DNA of 63,289 nt, filler included. It is 3 parts of 3 records of this genome, joined end to end, with 100 filler letters (N's around TTAATTAATTAA, not from the genome) between each part and the next. Parts side by side here need not be neighbours in the genome. Positions count along the whole stretch, not along the records: positions 18,405 to 44,254 come from SRR20825006_203; 2 more parts are not named here. One strand, given 5' to 3'. The position numbers and the translations under genes are program-made. Of the stretch, positions 19,084 through 29,077 are shown one piece after another; position 1 is the stretch's first letter; every line of letters starts with the position of its first letter. Under the pieces are notes generated by a model. The model was not told the DNA's origin. It saw only the letters and a list, made by a program, of their open reading frames with translations, and did not search any database.

Positions 19084-20817
19084 TTACTTCAACCTGATAT
19101 CTGAAACGGATGCCCCTGATGGAATCATTGGGAATACATTATCCTCTTTTTCCACCTTAACTTCCAAAAAGTATGGGTCCTTGGAGGCCATCATTTCTTT
19201 TACCGCCTCTTGAAGGTCGCCACGTTCGGACACTCTTCTTGATTTGATATGATACCCCTCAGCGATTTTTACAAAATCCGGGTTGGTCATTACCGTAGAA
19301 GCATAGCGTTTGTCGAAGAACAATTCTTGCCATTGTCGCACCATTCCCAAGTGATCGTTGTTCAACACCACGATTTTGACGGGCACATTGTGCTGGAAAA
19401 TAACACCGAGTTCCTGAATGGTCATTTGATAACCGCCGTCACCGATAATAGCGACCACTTCGCGATCCATTGCACCCATTTTGGCACCAATGGCCGCTGG
19501 AAGTCCAAATCCCATGGTTCCTAGGCCTCCAGAGGTTATATTGCTCTTGGATTGCTTGAATTTGGCATAGCGACAAGCAATCATTTGGTGTTGTCCCACA
19601 TCGGAAACAATCACGGCTTCATGGCCAGAAGCCATATTGATTTGCTCGATTACTTCGCCCATCGTCAACCCTTCCTTGGTCGGATGAATATCGTTGTTGA
19701 TCAAGGTGTCATATTCAATTTGATACATTTTATCAAATTCGGCTTTCCATTCTTTATGCTCATTTTTATTGACCAAAGGCAATATCTGGCTTAAAGTTTC
19801 CTTGGAATTGCCCAAAACAGCCACATCCACTTTCACGTTTTTGTTGACCTCTGCTGGATCTATCTCAAAATGAATGATCTTCGCCTGCTTCGCGTAGGTA
19901 TTCAAATCTCCGGTCACACGATCATCGAAACGCATTCCGATGGCGATGAGCAAATCACACTCGTTGGTCAACATATTGGGACCGTAATTTCCGTGCATGC
20001 CCACCATACCCACATTCAACGGATGGTCGGTATCCATGGCAGAAAGACCTAGAATGGTCCAAGCTGCGGGGATTCCGGTTTTTTCAACAAGGGCTTTGAG
20101 TTCGGCTTCTGCTTCGCCCAAAATCACCCCTTGACCAAATACAATAAATGGCTTTTTGGCACTATTGATCAATTCGGCCGCTTTTTCAAGACTACTAGGC
20201 TCCGGTTTGGGAGCTGGTTTATAGCTTCTTACCGCTGTACATTTTTCATATACAAAATCAAGCTCATCAAACTGGGCATTTTTGGTAATGTCCACCAATA
20301 CAGGCCCCGGTCTTCCTGAGCGGGCAATGTAAAATGCCTTCGCCATAATCTCTGGAATCTCTTCCACCCTGGTAATCTGATAGTTCCACTTGGTTACTGG
20401 CGTGGAAATGCCCACGATATCCGTTTCTTGGAACGCATCGGAACCCAAAAGGCTTCTGGTCACCTGGCCCGTGATACAAACCATGGGGGTGCTATCTATC
20501 TGCGCATCGGCAATTCCAGTGACCAAATTGGTCGCACCAGGGCCTGAAGTTGCCATAGCGACCCCTACTCTGCCGGTAACCCTTGCATAGCCTTGGGCGG
20601 CGTGCGTGGCACCTTGCTCGTGACGCGTCAAAATATGCGTCAATTTATCTTGAAACTTGTAAAGTTCATCGTAGACGGGCATAATGGCACCGCCTGGGTA
20701 ACCGTATATCAAATCGACCCCTTCCGCGAGCAAACAATGGATAATGGCTTCTGCACCAGAAATCCTGATTGATTTTTGACTTTTACTATCTTTTTTTTGT
20801 GCTTTTAATGTCTCCAT
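19084..20817 (-). CDS. ilvB: acetolactate synthase large subunit
   Basis: GYPGGAIM, RHEQGA, TSGPGATN and the GDG...NN TPP-binding motif. Confidence 0.96.
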   Translation of the reverse strand: METLKAQKKDSKSQKSIRISGAEAIIHCLLAEGVDLIYGYPGGAIMPVYDELYKFQDKLTHILTRHEQGATHAAQGYARVTGRVGVAMATSGPGATNLVTGIADAQIDSTPMVCITGQVTRSLLGSDAFQETDIVGISTPVTKWNYQITRVEEIPEIMAKAFYIARSGRPGPVLVDITKNAQFDELDFVYEKCTAVRSYKPAPKPEPSSLEKAAELINSAKKPFIVFGQGVILGEAEAELKALVEKTGIPAAWTILGLSAMDTDHPLNVGMVGMHGNYGPNMLTNECDLLIAIGMRFDDRVTGDLNTYAKQAKIIHFEIDPAEVNKNVKVDVAVLGNSKETLSQILPLVNKNEHKEWKAEFDKMYQIEYDTLINNDIHPTKEGLTMGEVIEQINMASGHEAVIVSDVGQHQMIACRYAKFKQSKSNITSGGLGTMGFGLPAAIGAKMGAMDREVVAIIGDGGYQMTIQELGVIFQHNVPVKIVVLNNDHLGMVRQWQELFFDKRYASTVMTNPDFVKIAEGYHIKSRRVSERGDLQEAVKEMMASKDPYFLEVKVEKEDNVFPMIPSGASVSDIRLK

Positions 20818-20853
20818 AAGCCTGTATTTAGGGAGATACCCCTATCATAATTG

Positions 20854-22530
20854 TTAAAACAAATCGGTAACACAGCCTTTTGCTGCAGATGATACCGTTT
20901 TGGCGTATTTGTACAAGCTTCCCGACTTTATTTTAAGTTCAGGTTGCTTCCATTCTTTTCTTCGTTGTTCGAACTCTTCGTCCGAAATATTAATATTGAT
21001 GGTATTGTTTACCGCATCAATGGTGATTTCATCGCCATTTTTTACCAAGGCGATGCCCCCACCTACTTGTGCTTCGGGGGAAACGTGACCCACAACAAAT
21101 CCGTGGGAACCACCGGAGAACCTTCCATCGGTAATCAGGGCCACATCCTTTCCAAGGCCTGCGCCCATAATGGCGGAGGTAGGCTTCAACATTTCGGGCA
21201 TTCCCGGAGCTCCTTTTGGCCCCTCGTAACGGATGACCACCACATCCCCTTTTTGGACCTTGCCTGTGTGGATGCCTTCGTTCACCGCTGTTTCGCTGTC
21301 AAAAACACGGGCAGTTCCTGTGAATTCCAGTCCTTCTTTCCCTGTGATTTTGGCCACGGCACCTTCGGAAGCTAGGTTTCCATATAATATACGAATATGT
21401 CCCGTCTCCTTAATAGGTTGCTCCTTTTTTCTTATGATATCCTGCCCTTCTTGTAAATCCGGTGCATCCAATAGGTTTTCCGCCAAGGTTTTTCCAGTGA
21501 CCGTCATACAATCACCGTGAAGCATACCTTCCTTCAACATATATTTCAATACCGCAGGAACCCCTCCCACCTTGTGTAGGTCTTCCATCAAATATTTTCC
21601 ACTTGGTTTTAAATCGGCCAACAATGGCGTCGACTCACTGATTCTTGTGATGTCCTCCAAGGTAAAGTCCACTTCAGCAGCGTGCGCAATGGCCATAAAG
21701 TGAAGCACCGCATTGGTAGAGCCACCAAGCACGGTCACCAACCTAAAGGCATTTTCCAATGCTTTTTTGGTAACAATGTCTCTTGGTTTAATATCTTCTT
21801 TCAATAAATGATACAGTGCCGCTCCCGATGCTTCACAATCTGCTTGTTTTTTATCGTTAACCGCCGGAATGGACGAGTTGAACGGCATGGACATTCCCAT
21901 GGCCTCAATGGCAGATGCCATAGTGTTTGCAGTGTACATACCCCCGCAGGCGCCGGCTCCCGGACACGCTTTGTGAATGACTTCCTTATATTCTTTTTCA
22001 TCTATCGCTCCAGCAACTTTTTGTCCGTAAGCCTCAAAAGCGGAGATGATATCGAGTTTTTTATTGTTATGGCAACCTGGCGCAATGGTTCCGCCATATA
22101 CCAAAATGGACGGACGGTTCAATCGCAGTTGCGCCATTAGGGCACCGGGCATATTTTTATCGCATCCTACCACAGTGACCAACCCATCGTAGCTCATCGC
22201 TTGGATCACGGTTTCAATGGAATCTGCAATAATATCCCTTGAAGGCAAGGAATATCGCATTCCTGGTGTTCCGTTGGAGATTCCATCGCTGACCCCAATG
22301 GTGTTGAAAATAAGGCCGACCAAATTGGAAGACTCCACTCCTTTTTTCACTTCGAGGGCCAAATCATTTAAGTGCATGTTGCAGGGGTTTCCCTCGTAGC
22401 CCGTACTCGCTATTCCGATTAGGGGTTTTTGTAAATCTTCGTCTGTGAGCCCAATCGCGTGCAACATGGCCTGGGCGGCAGGCAGCGTGGGGTCCTGTGT
22501 TACTTTTTTGCTAAACTTGTTCAATTCCAT
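20854..22530 (-). CDS. ilvD: dihydroxy-acid dehydratase
   Basis: [37 protein letters not shown]. Confidence 0.96.
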   Translation of the reverse strand: MELNKFSKKVTQDPTLPAAQAMLHAIGLTDEDLQKPLIGIASTGYEGNPCNMHLNDLALEVKKGVESSNLVGLIFNTIGVSDGISNGTPGMRYSLPSRDIIADSIETVIQAMSYDGLVTVVGCDKNMPGALMAQLRLNRPSILVYGGTIAPGCHNNKKLDIISAFEAYGQKVAGAIDEKEYKEVIHKACPGAGACGGMYTANTMASAIEAMGMSMPFNSSIPAVNDKKQADCEASGAALYHLLKEDIKPRDIVTKKALENAFRLVTVLGGSTNAVLHFMAIAHAAEVDFTLEDITRISESTPLLADLKPSGKYLMEDLHKVGGVPAVLKYMLKEGMLHGDCMTVTGKTLAENLLDAPDLQEGQDIIRKKEQPIKETGHIRILYGNLASEGAVAKITGKEGLEFTGTARVFDSETAVNEGIHTGKVQKGDVVVIRYEGPKGAPGMPEMLKPTSAIMGAGLGKDVALITDGRFSGGSHGFVVGHVSPEAQVGGGIALVKNGDEITIDAVNNTININISDEEFEQRRKEWKQPELKIKSGSLYKYAKTVSSAAKGCVTDLF

Positions 22531-22579
22531 TATCAAATTTCATTCAAATACAGTATTCTTCTGAATTTATACCGTAATT

Positions 22580-22587
22580 CAAAGATA
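22580..22587 (-). promoter_or_regulatory. Bacteroidetes -7 promoter element upstream of ilvD
   Basis: Minus strand TATCTTTG matches the TAnnTTTG consensus, about 50 bp upstream of the ilvD ATG. Confidence 0.55.
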
Positions 22588-22721
22588 TATGTTTAAAATA
22601 CCCTAGATTTTTAACAGTTGTTCGCTGTTTAAATCCACTGGAAACATAATAAACATAATTTACTGTATTTCAGTTTTTTAGATTGATTAAAATTCCAATA
22701 TTCAATTAATTTTATTGTAAT

Positions 22722-22758
22722 AAAAAAGGCCTGTATCGTGTGGGATACAGGCCTTTTT
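22722..22758 (-). terminator. attenuator terminator of the ilv leader
   Basis: Minus strand AAAAAGGCCTGTATC-CCACAC-GATACAGGCCTTTTTT. Confidence 0.9.
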
Positions 22759-22778
22759 AAGTCAATTGCAAGTCCGTA

Positions 22779-22835
22779 TCACTCCATTTCTGGAATAATC
22801 ACGACCTCGACAATGACTTGTTTATTTCTTTTCAT
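22779..22835 (-). CDS. ilv operon leader peptide (18 aa)
   Basis: MKRNKQVIVEVVIIPEME*, with 7 Val/Ile codons in 8 consecutive positions, directly before the terminator upstream of ilvD. Confidence 0.82.
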   Translation of the reverse strand: MKRNKQVIVEVVIIPEME

Positions 22836-22891
22836 ATTGTAATGGTACGAAAAATATTATGAATTTAGAATCAAGAATTAGAATATGTTTC

Positions 22892-23731
22892 TCAAACCAG
22901 TTTAAACTTCAACTCATCCCCATACTTTTTCTGGGCCAATATAGATATGGATTCCTCGCTCAATTGAAGTATACGGGGATACCCTCCTGTGGTCTGGCCA
23001 TCCTTCATTAAAATGATCATTCGGCCTGCTGGTGTCAATTGTATAGTTCCCGGCAAGGTTCCAGAGGTCAGCATGGAATGGGAATGTCCGGTAATCAATT
23101 CGGAGAGCTGATAGGCCATTCGGTTGTTTTCTTTGGAAACGGTATACGGTTTGGCAAAAATCTCTGTAAGCTGGCCATCGGATAAAAGAGAAAACTCAGG
23201 CCCTTTATAGACCTTTAAAATATTATTTTCGAAATGTTCTTCAATTTTCACCTCTGAGATTTTTGGTTCATAGTTCTTGGTTTCGCTGTATGGCACCTCA
23301 TCACCATCTTTAAGTCGTGCCGATTTTGTAACAGGATAAAACTGTGAGCGACTATCGAGCACCTTTTTGGTCTGAAAACCGCCCTTTATAGCGATATATC
23401 CTCTAAAACCTAATTCCAATCGGCCGTAGGACAAAATATCTCCCTTTCCAATTTTGATGACTGAGTAATTATCTATCGGCTCATTGTTCAAAGTGGCCAC
23501 AATATGGGCTCCGGACAAACTTATATATGTGTCCGTATCAAATTGGAGGGTTGGCCCGGTCATGGTTATTTCAAGAACCGCATCATTTTCATCATTTTCC
23601 AATAGCAGATTGGCTTTCTTTACCGATTCCACATCCATGGCTCCTGCAATCGGCACTCCAATATCTCTGTGACCGTACCTTCCTAAATCCTGAACGGTCG
23701 TATAAAGTCCGGGTTTTAAAACTTTAAGCAT
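22892..23731 (-). CDS. pxpC: 5-oxoprolinase subunit C
   Basis: TTVQDLGR.G, GAMD, PGTIQ, DGQTTGGYP. Confidence 0.92.
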   Translation of the reverse strand: MLKVLKPGLYTTVQDLGRYGHRDIGVPIAGAMDVESVKKANLLLENDENDAVLEITMTGPTLQFDTDTYISLSGAHIVATLNNEPIDNYSVIKIGKGDILSYGRLELGFRGYIAIKGGFQTKKVLDSRSQFYPVTKSARLKDGDEVPYSETKNYEPKISEVKIEEHFENNILKVYKGPEFSLLSDGQLTEIFAKPYTVSKENNRMAYQLSELITGHSHSMLTSGTLPGTIQLTPAGRMIILMKDGQTTGGYPRILQLSEESISILAQKKYGDELKFKLV

Positions 23732-24458
23732 TCAGTACAACTTTTTCGGGTTCGTAAATACCTACTTCGCCTTCAATCTTATGGAGTTTATACTCTGCTT
23801 TGGAGATGCGCTCAAACTGTATCTTATCCCCTACTTTTACAAAACAAGGGTCGTCCTTCATCGGGTTGAATAAATCAACGGGGCAATTCCCGATAATGTT
23901 CCATCCCCCGGGAGAATCCTGCGGATAAATGCCGGTTTGCTTACTGGCCAAGCCTACGGAACCTTTCTGCACTTTTAATCGTGGTTCTGCCCTGCGTGGA
24001 ATTTCCAAAGTTGATGGAAGTCCGCCCAAGTACATAAATCCGGGCAAAAACCCGATGCCGTACACCACATATTGGTGCGATGTGTGCTGCTCAATAAGTT
24101 CTTTGACCGATAAACCTAATGTTTTGGAGGCCTCTTCAATGTCCATTCCGAATTCGAGGTCATAGCACACGGGTAATGTCCATAAATGTTGTATGCGCTC
24201 TGTTTTGGATTTGGCCTGCTTTTCGTGGCACTCCAGAATCATGTTTTTGGTCTCCTCAAAATCAATATGGTCTTGGTTATAGACCATGGTCAAGGAATTA
24301 TAGGCCACGGACATTTCCCAATCTGGAATTTCCAGTTCTTTGAAAGCATCCATAAAATCGAGGATGTCCGCTAAAATGGATTCACTCACCTTTTCGGGCC
24401 ATTCTACTAAAACGGCTCGTTCTCCGAAAGGCTTAATGCTAATGGGGTAACTTTTCAT
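23724..24458 (-). CDS. pxpB: 5-oxoprolinase subunit B
   Basis: GFLPGF.YLG, GSVG and QTGIYP..SPGGWNIIG. Confidence 0.92.
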   Translation of the reverse strand: MKSYPISIKPFGERAVLVEWPEKVSESILADILDFMDAFKELEIPDWEMSVAYNSLTMVYNQDHIDFEETKNMILECHEKQAKSKTERIQHLWTLPVCYDLEFGMDIEEASKTLGLSVKELIEQHTSHQYVVYGIGFLPGFMYLGGLPSTLEIPRRAEPRLKVQKGSVGLASKQTGIYPQDSPGGWNIIGNCPVDLFNPMKDDPCFVKVGDKIQFERISKAEYKLHKIEGEVGIYEPEKVVLNA

Positions 24459-25198
24459 TTTTGTATCCGCACCTGGTTTTGGGGTAATTGTTTAGAAAGA
24501 TACATTAATATTTTTAAGGCAGAAACTGTATCGCCGTGTATGCAAAGGGTGTCCGCCTGAATATTTAAGGATTGGCCTTGCACCGATAACACTTCTCCCT
24601 TTTTGATGATGGGCAAAATATGTTCCAATACCGCTTCCGGGTCTTCAATTAGCGCATTTTTATCTTTTCTGGAGACCAGTGAAAGGTCGGAATTGTAATT
24701 TCGGTCCGCAAAGGCTTCAAACCAAATTTTAAATCCACGCTCTTCTGCCATTCTTGCTATTATGGAATCAAAAGGAACATAAAGAATGGTCTTTTCTTTA
24801 TAATCGGCAATGGCGTCCAAATATACTTTGGCCAAATTATCGTTCATTGCAGTCTGATTATACAATGCTCCGTGGGCTTTGATGTGATGCAGGCTGACTT
24901 CCGTCTTTTTCAATACTTCATCAAAAACCGACAATTGCTGCCTAATACTATGTATTAGATCTTGGTTGGAAATATCCATCACTTCCCTGCCAAAATTGGC
25001 TTTATCGGGGTATGATGGGTGCGCGCCCACTTTAAGTTGATGCTTTTTGGCCAGTGAAGCTACTCCCAACATGGTTTCCTTGTCACCAGCGTGGCCTCCA
25101 CAAGCAATATTGCAAGAACTTATAAACGGGAAAATATTAGCCTCATTGTCCACACCCTCACCTACATCACAATTAATATCAATAGTGAATTTATGCAT
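24455..25198 (-). CDS. pxpA: 5-oxoprolinase subunit A (LamB/YcsF)
   Basis: DINCDVGEG, NIACGGHAGD, GAHPSYPD, K.HGALYN, TLCIHGD. Confidence 0.93.
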   Translation of the reverse strand: MHKFTIDINCDVGEGVDNEANIFPFISSCNIACGGHAGDKETMLGVASLAKKHQLKVGAHPSYPDKANFGREVMDISNQDLIHSIRQQLSVFDEVLKKTEVSLHHIKAHGALYNQTAMNDNLAKVYLDAIADYKEKTILYVPFDSIIARMAEERGFKIWFEAFADRNYNSDLSLVSRKDKNALIEDPEAVLEHILPIIKKGEVLSVQGQSLNIQADTLCIHGDTVSALKILMYLSKQLPQNQVRIQK

Positions 25199-26395
25199 CT
25201 AAAACAGTCCGATTACTTTAAAAATACTTTTTGCGCCCAAAAATATCGTGAACAGCACAATGGCCGCACCAAATGCATTCTGGACCAGGGAATTTTTGTT
25301 TTCGCCCATTACGGATTTCTTATTTACCACCCATAAAAGCAACAAGGCCATTACGGGGAGCAAAATGCCATTGGCGACTTGGGCAAACTGGATGACCTCG
25401 ATGGGTTTAATATCAAAGGAAAGAAATAGGACGCCGCACAAAAGCACAATGGCCCATACCATTTTAAACTTTTTATTCTGCATGCCACCTTCCCATCCAA
25501 AGCAACTACTGGCCACATAGGCTGCGGCCAAAGGAGCGGTAATGGCCGATGTGATTCCTGCCGCCAAAAGCCCGATGGCCATGAACAAAAACGCCATTTT
25601 TCCAAAAAGAGGCTCCAAGGCCTTGGCCATATCCAATGCATTGTTGATTTCTGATATTGGCGCTGCCGAAGCTGTGATCAGTATGGCCATGGATACCAAC
25701 CCTCCCAATCCAATGGAAACAATGGTGTCCCATTGCACTGCTTTTAGATCGGTTTTGGAATTCCATTTTTCCTTGACCAATGAAGCATGCAAGAAAAGGT
25801 TATAAGGCACCACCGTAGTTCCCACTAGGGCAACGACCGTAAGCAATCCATTTTCAGGCAACCTTGGAATGAACATTCCTTTGAATATTTCAGAAATCGA
25901 TGGTTGAACCATAACGGCACAAATCACAAAACTGACCCCCATAACACCAACAAGTCCAACGAATATCTTTTCCAAAATCTTGTAGCTACTGAACCATAGC
26001 AATAGAAATATGATGCTCCCGATAATGGTCGGCAAAAAGGGTCTCAGTTCCGGTTGGGGCAACAATTGTTCAAGTCCCAAAGTTGCACCTCCAATATTAC
26101 CGGCTTCGTAGGCTGCGTTGCCCACCAAAATAGCACCCAAAACAATGGCAATCACAAAATTTTTGACCCACCGGGTCTTAAGTTCTGTCCTAACGACATC
26201 CACAAGACCGCTTTGGGTCACTAAGCCGATTCTGCCCGCCATGCCCTGCAATACGATGGTCGCCAATACAGATACGAGCAAGGCCCACAGCAGGGCGTAT
26301 CCAAAGTTTGTTCCCGCCAAGGTACACATCGTAATGGTTCCAGGACCCACGAATGCTGCAGCTACCAACACTCCCGGACCTATTTTATTGAACAT
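25199..26395 (-). CDS. NRAMP-like (YcsG-type) transporter
   Basis: GPG..VAAAFVGPGT, VGTTVVPYNLFLHAS and about 11 TM segments; first gene of the pxp operon. Start at 26395 or 26401. Confidence 0.85.
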   Translation of the reverse strand: MFNKIGPGVLVAAAFVGPGTITMCTLAGTNFGYALLWALLVSVLATIVLQGMAGRIGLVTQSGLVDVVRTELKTRWVKNFVIAIVLGAILVGNAAYEAGNIGGATLGLEQLLPQPELRPFLPTIIGSIIFLLLWFSSYKILEKIFVGLVGVMGVSFVICAVMVQPSISEIFKGMFIPRLPENGLLTVVALVGTTVVPYNLFLHASLVKEKWNSKTDLKAVQWDTIVSIGLGGLVSMAILITASAAPISEINNALDMAKALEPLFGKMAFLFMAIGLLAAGITSAITAPLAAAYVASSCFGWEGGMQNKKFKMVWAIVLLCGVLFLSFDIKPIEVIQFAQVANGILLPVMALLLLWVVNKKSVMGENKNSLVQNAFGAAIVLFTIFLGAKSIFKVIGLF

Positions 26396-26573
26396 GGGCA
26401 CTATATTTAAAACGATGAATTTAAAAGATATCTTAACAAAAAATGCATTTCATCCAAAAAAAGGCAATTCGTATAAAAGTGGGGTGCCGTACGTCGAATT
26501 TTTATACTATTTCAAAAATCTCAAAGTTATAATAATCCCAAATCATACTTTGACATAAACTTGACTAAAACTA

Positions 26574-27017
26574 ATGAAATGTAAGGATTGCGGCAAAGAT
26601 ATTAGCCCCCAACAGTTTAAGGCCTCAAAAGAAGCTTTAGGTGTAGCGCTTTGCGAACGACATACACGACTTATCAAAAAGGTGATTCTAGACAATGATA
26701 CCCCAATTGATGCGGTCCATTTATTTTACGCCCTAAAAGATGCCGGTGTTCACCCCATGTTGGAATGGTGGGATGGTAAAAAATCAGTGGATATTGCCAT
26801 TTCCAGGGTCAAATTAAATATTGAAATCGACAGGAATTACAATATGATCACGCATGAGCAGGCCATAAACGACCTAGAGGATGCAATGCACTCCTTTAAA
26901 AACGGTTTTACCACCGTTAGAATTCCTCATCTTGCGGTTAAATATTATTTGGAAGAGACGGTAGAGAATATTTTAGGCATCATATCCGGACTTAAGGCAA
27001 ATATCAAGGCGATTTAA
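26574..27017 (+). CDS. hypothetical protein, CxxC/CxxH zinc ribbon + DUF559-like domain
   Basis: CKDC...CERH, then VDIAI...LNIEID and GFTTVRIP. Confidence 0.65.
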   Translation: MKCKDCGKDISPQQFKASKEALGVALCERHTRLIKKVILDNDTPIDAVHLFYALKDAGVHPMLEWWDGKKSVDIAISRVKLNIEIDRNYNMITHEQAINDLEDAMHSFKNGFTTVRIPHLAVKYYLEETVENILGIISGLKANIKAI

Positions 27018-27424
27018 TTTGAAAAGTGCATGTTGCTCTTTTTTTCCACAGTCTTGTATTCAAGGATATTGATGACAATGGCGTACTCGCCGATGTTCTC
27101 TAGATCATTGATGTAATTTTTTCCTCTATTTTCGAAGTAATCGGCATCTCCCTGATTCAGTTTGATCATGTCAATTTTACCATTTCCATAACGCGTGATT
27201 ACAAGGCCTCCGGTGGTGCACACCCATCCATAATTGGTATTGTGCCTTCTAAAATCAAGCCTTTCGCCGGGTAAAAGTCTGAGGTCCCAAAGTTTAACGC
27301 TCTCGTTCTCGAATACCAATTGGTCCGTTAACGACTCTTTGATTTTTTGATGTAGCAACTCATCAATCTTCTCCTGCTCCCAAGGGTCAAAATTGCCCAT
27401 TGGGTTCAACTCCACACATTGCAT
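27014..27424 (-). CDS. hypothetical cupin-like protein
   Basis: LVFENESVKLWDLRL.PGE...H pattern typical of small cupins. Confidence 0.65.
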   Translation of the reverse strand: MQCVELNPMGNFDPWEQEKIDELLHQKIKESLTDQLVFENESVKLWDLRLLPGERLDFRRHNTNYGWVCTTGGLVITRYGNGKIDMIKLNQGDADYFENRGKNYINDLENIGEYAIVINILEYKTVEKKSNMHFSN

Positions 27425-27635
27425 TCCTGTACTTTCTTTTAAAAACGGCGCAAATATAGATTTTAAAATACTTAAAAACAGTAGATTAAGTAATGTTTAA
27501 CGTAATCCATGAACATTCGTCCAATTAAACCGATTTAATTGACAATTTGATCAATCACAGTAGATTAAATTATTTTTTTCTTATCGATTGCTTAGCGATT
27601 TTTATCTAATTTGGAGGCATCAACCATAACCGACC

Positions 27636-29063
27636 ATGAAAAAAATTCTCCTTGCCATTCTGGCTATCATTGTGATTCTTATCGCCGTACTGACAATCAA
27701 CACCTTTTCCCTTACATCAAAACAAGTTGCTTCGGAACCTTTGGAAGCAATGGATTTCCCTGAAGGTGCATTTCAAAATCTATCAAAAGCCATACAGTTC
27801 AGAACCATCTCCTTGAGTGAGGATGCCATCCCCGATTCTACTGCGTTCAACGGCTTTCATCAGTTCTTAAAAGAAACCTATCCTCTCCTGCACCAGAACC
27901 TCGTTTTGGAGAAAATAAACGATTATAGCCTGCTCTACAAATGGGAAGGTTCCGACCCGTCACAAAAACCTATTGTATTGCTTTCCCATCAAGATGTGGT
28001 TCCTGTGGACCAACCCACCCTATCCGAATGGGAGGCGGGACCATTCGAAGGGGCTATCACGGACACCCACATTATCGGTAGGGGCACTCTGGATGACAAA
28101 AGCTCCTTGATGGCCCTTATGGAATCCGTAGAAATGTTGTTGAAAGAATCCTTTGTGCCAAAGCAAACCATTTATCTGGCGTTTGGACATGATGAGGAAC
28201 TTGGAGGTGGAAACGGCGCAAAGGCTATTGCAGCATACCTGAAAAATAAAGGCGTCCATACCGCCATGACCTTGGACGAAGGTGGGTTTTTAGCAGAAAA
28301 TATGGTTCCCGATTTTGACAAGACCGTCGCTATGGTCAATTTGGCGGAAAAAGGCTATGCTTCATTTCAACTTATTGTAAAAACCAGCGGGGGCCATAGT
28401 TCGGCACCGCCGGAAAACAACACCCTTGGCATGCTGGCCCAGGCCATTGTGGATTTAGAGAACAATCAGCGTCCCTATAAACTGGTAAAGCCCATCGATT
28501 ATCAATTCGAATATATGGGTGCCGAAATGCCCTTTTTCAAAAAAATGGCATTTGCCAACCCATGGCTTTTCAAAGGCCCTGTCCTAAAGGCTTTGAACGC
28601 ACATACCACTACGTCGCCCACCATAATAGAAGGCGGGGTCAAGGACAATGTGATTCCCACGGTGGGCAAAGCCACTATTAATTTTAGGATATTGCCCGGT
28701 GAGACCATTGAATCGGTTAAGGAACATATCAAAAAAACCGTTGGGGATGGAATCGAGGTTGAACTGAATGGCTTTGCCACAAACCCTTCCCCTGTTTCCG
28801 GAATAGATTCCGATGCCTTCAAAAACCTTGAAAAAACCATACGCTCCGTGTTTCCCGAAGCCGTTGTGGTGCCGGGCCTGATAGGTGGCGGTACGGATGC
28901 CAGATACTTTTATGATGTATCCGATGATGTGTACAGGTTCTACCCTATTCGAATAGGTCCGGACAGTATGACAAGATTCCATGGGATCGATGAAAAAATT
29001 GCGAAAGATAACTATAAGGAAATGATTGTTTTTACCTACAACTTGATCAAAAGGTTCGATTAA
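27636..29063 (+). CDS. M20 family metallohydrolase (carboxypeptidase S/PM20D1-like)
   Basis: N-terminal anchor; HQDVVP, GRGTLDDK, HDEE, GGHSS, GGTD, HGIDE. Confidence 0.92.
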   Translation: MKKILLAILAIIVILIAVLTINTFSLTSKQVASEPLEAMDFPEGAFQNLSKAIQFRTISLSEDAIPDSTAFNGFHQFLKETYPLLHQNLVLEKINDYSLLYKWEGSDPSQKPIVLLSHQDVVPVDQPTLSEWEAGPFEGAITDTHIIGRGTLDDKSSLMALMESVEMLLKESFVPKQTIYLAFGHDEELGGGNGAKAIAAYLKNKGVHTAMTLDEGGFLAENMVPDFDKTVAMVNLAEKGYASFQLIVKTSGGHSSAPPENNTLGMLAQAIVDLENNQRPYKLVKPIDYQFEYMGAEMPFFKKMAFANPWLFKGPVLKALNAHTTTSPTIIEGGVKDNVIPTVGKATINFRILPGETIESVKEHIKKTVGDGIEVELNGFATNPSPVSGIDSDAFKNLEKTIRSVFPEAVVVPGLIGGGTDARYFYDVSDDVYRFYPIRIGPDSMTRFHGIDEKIAKDNYKEMIVFTYNLIKRFD

Positions 29064-29077
29064 AATCAAATTTACAT

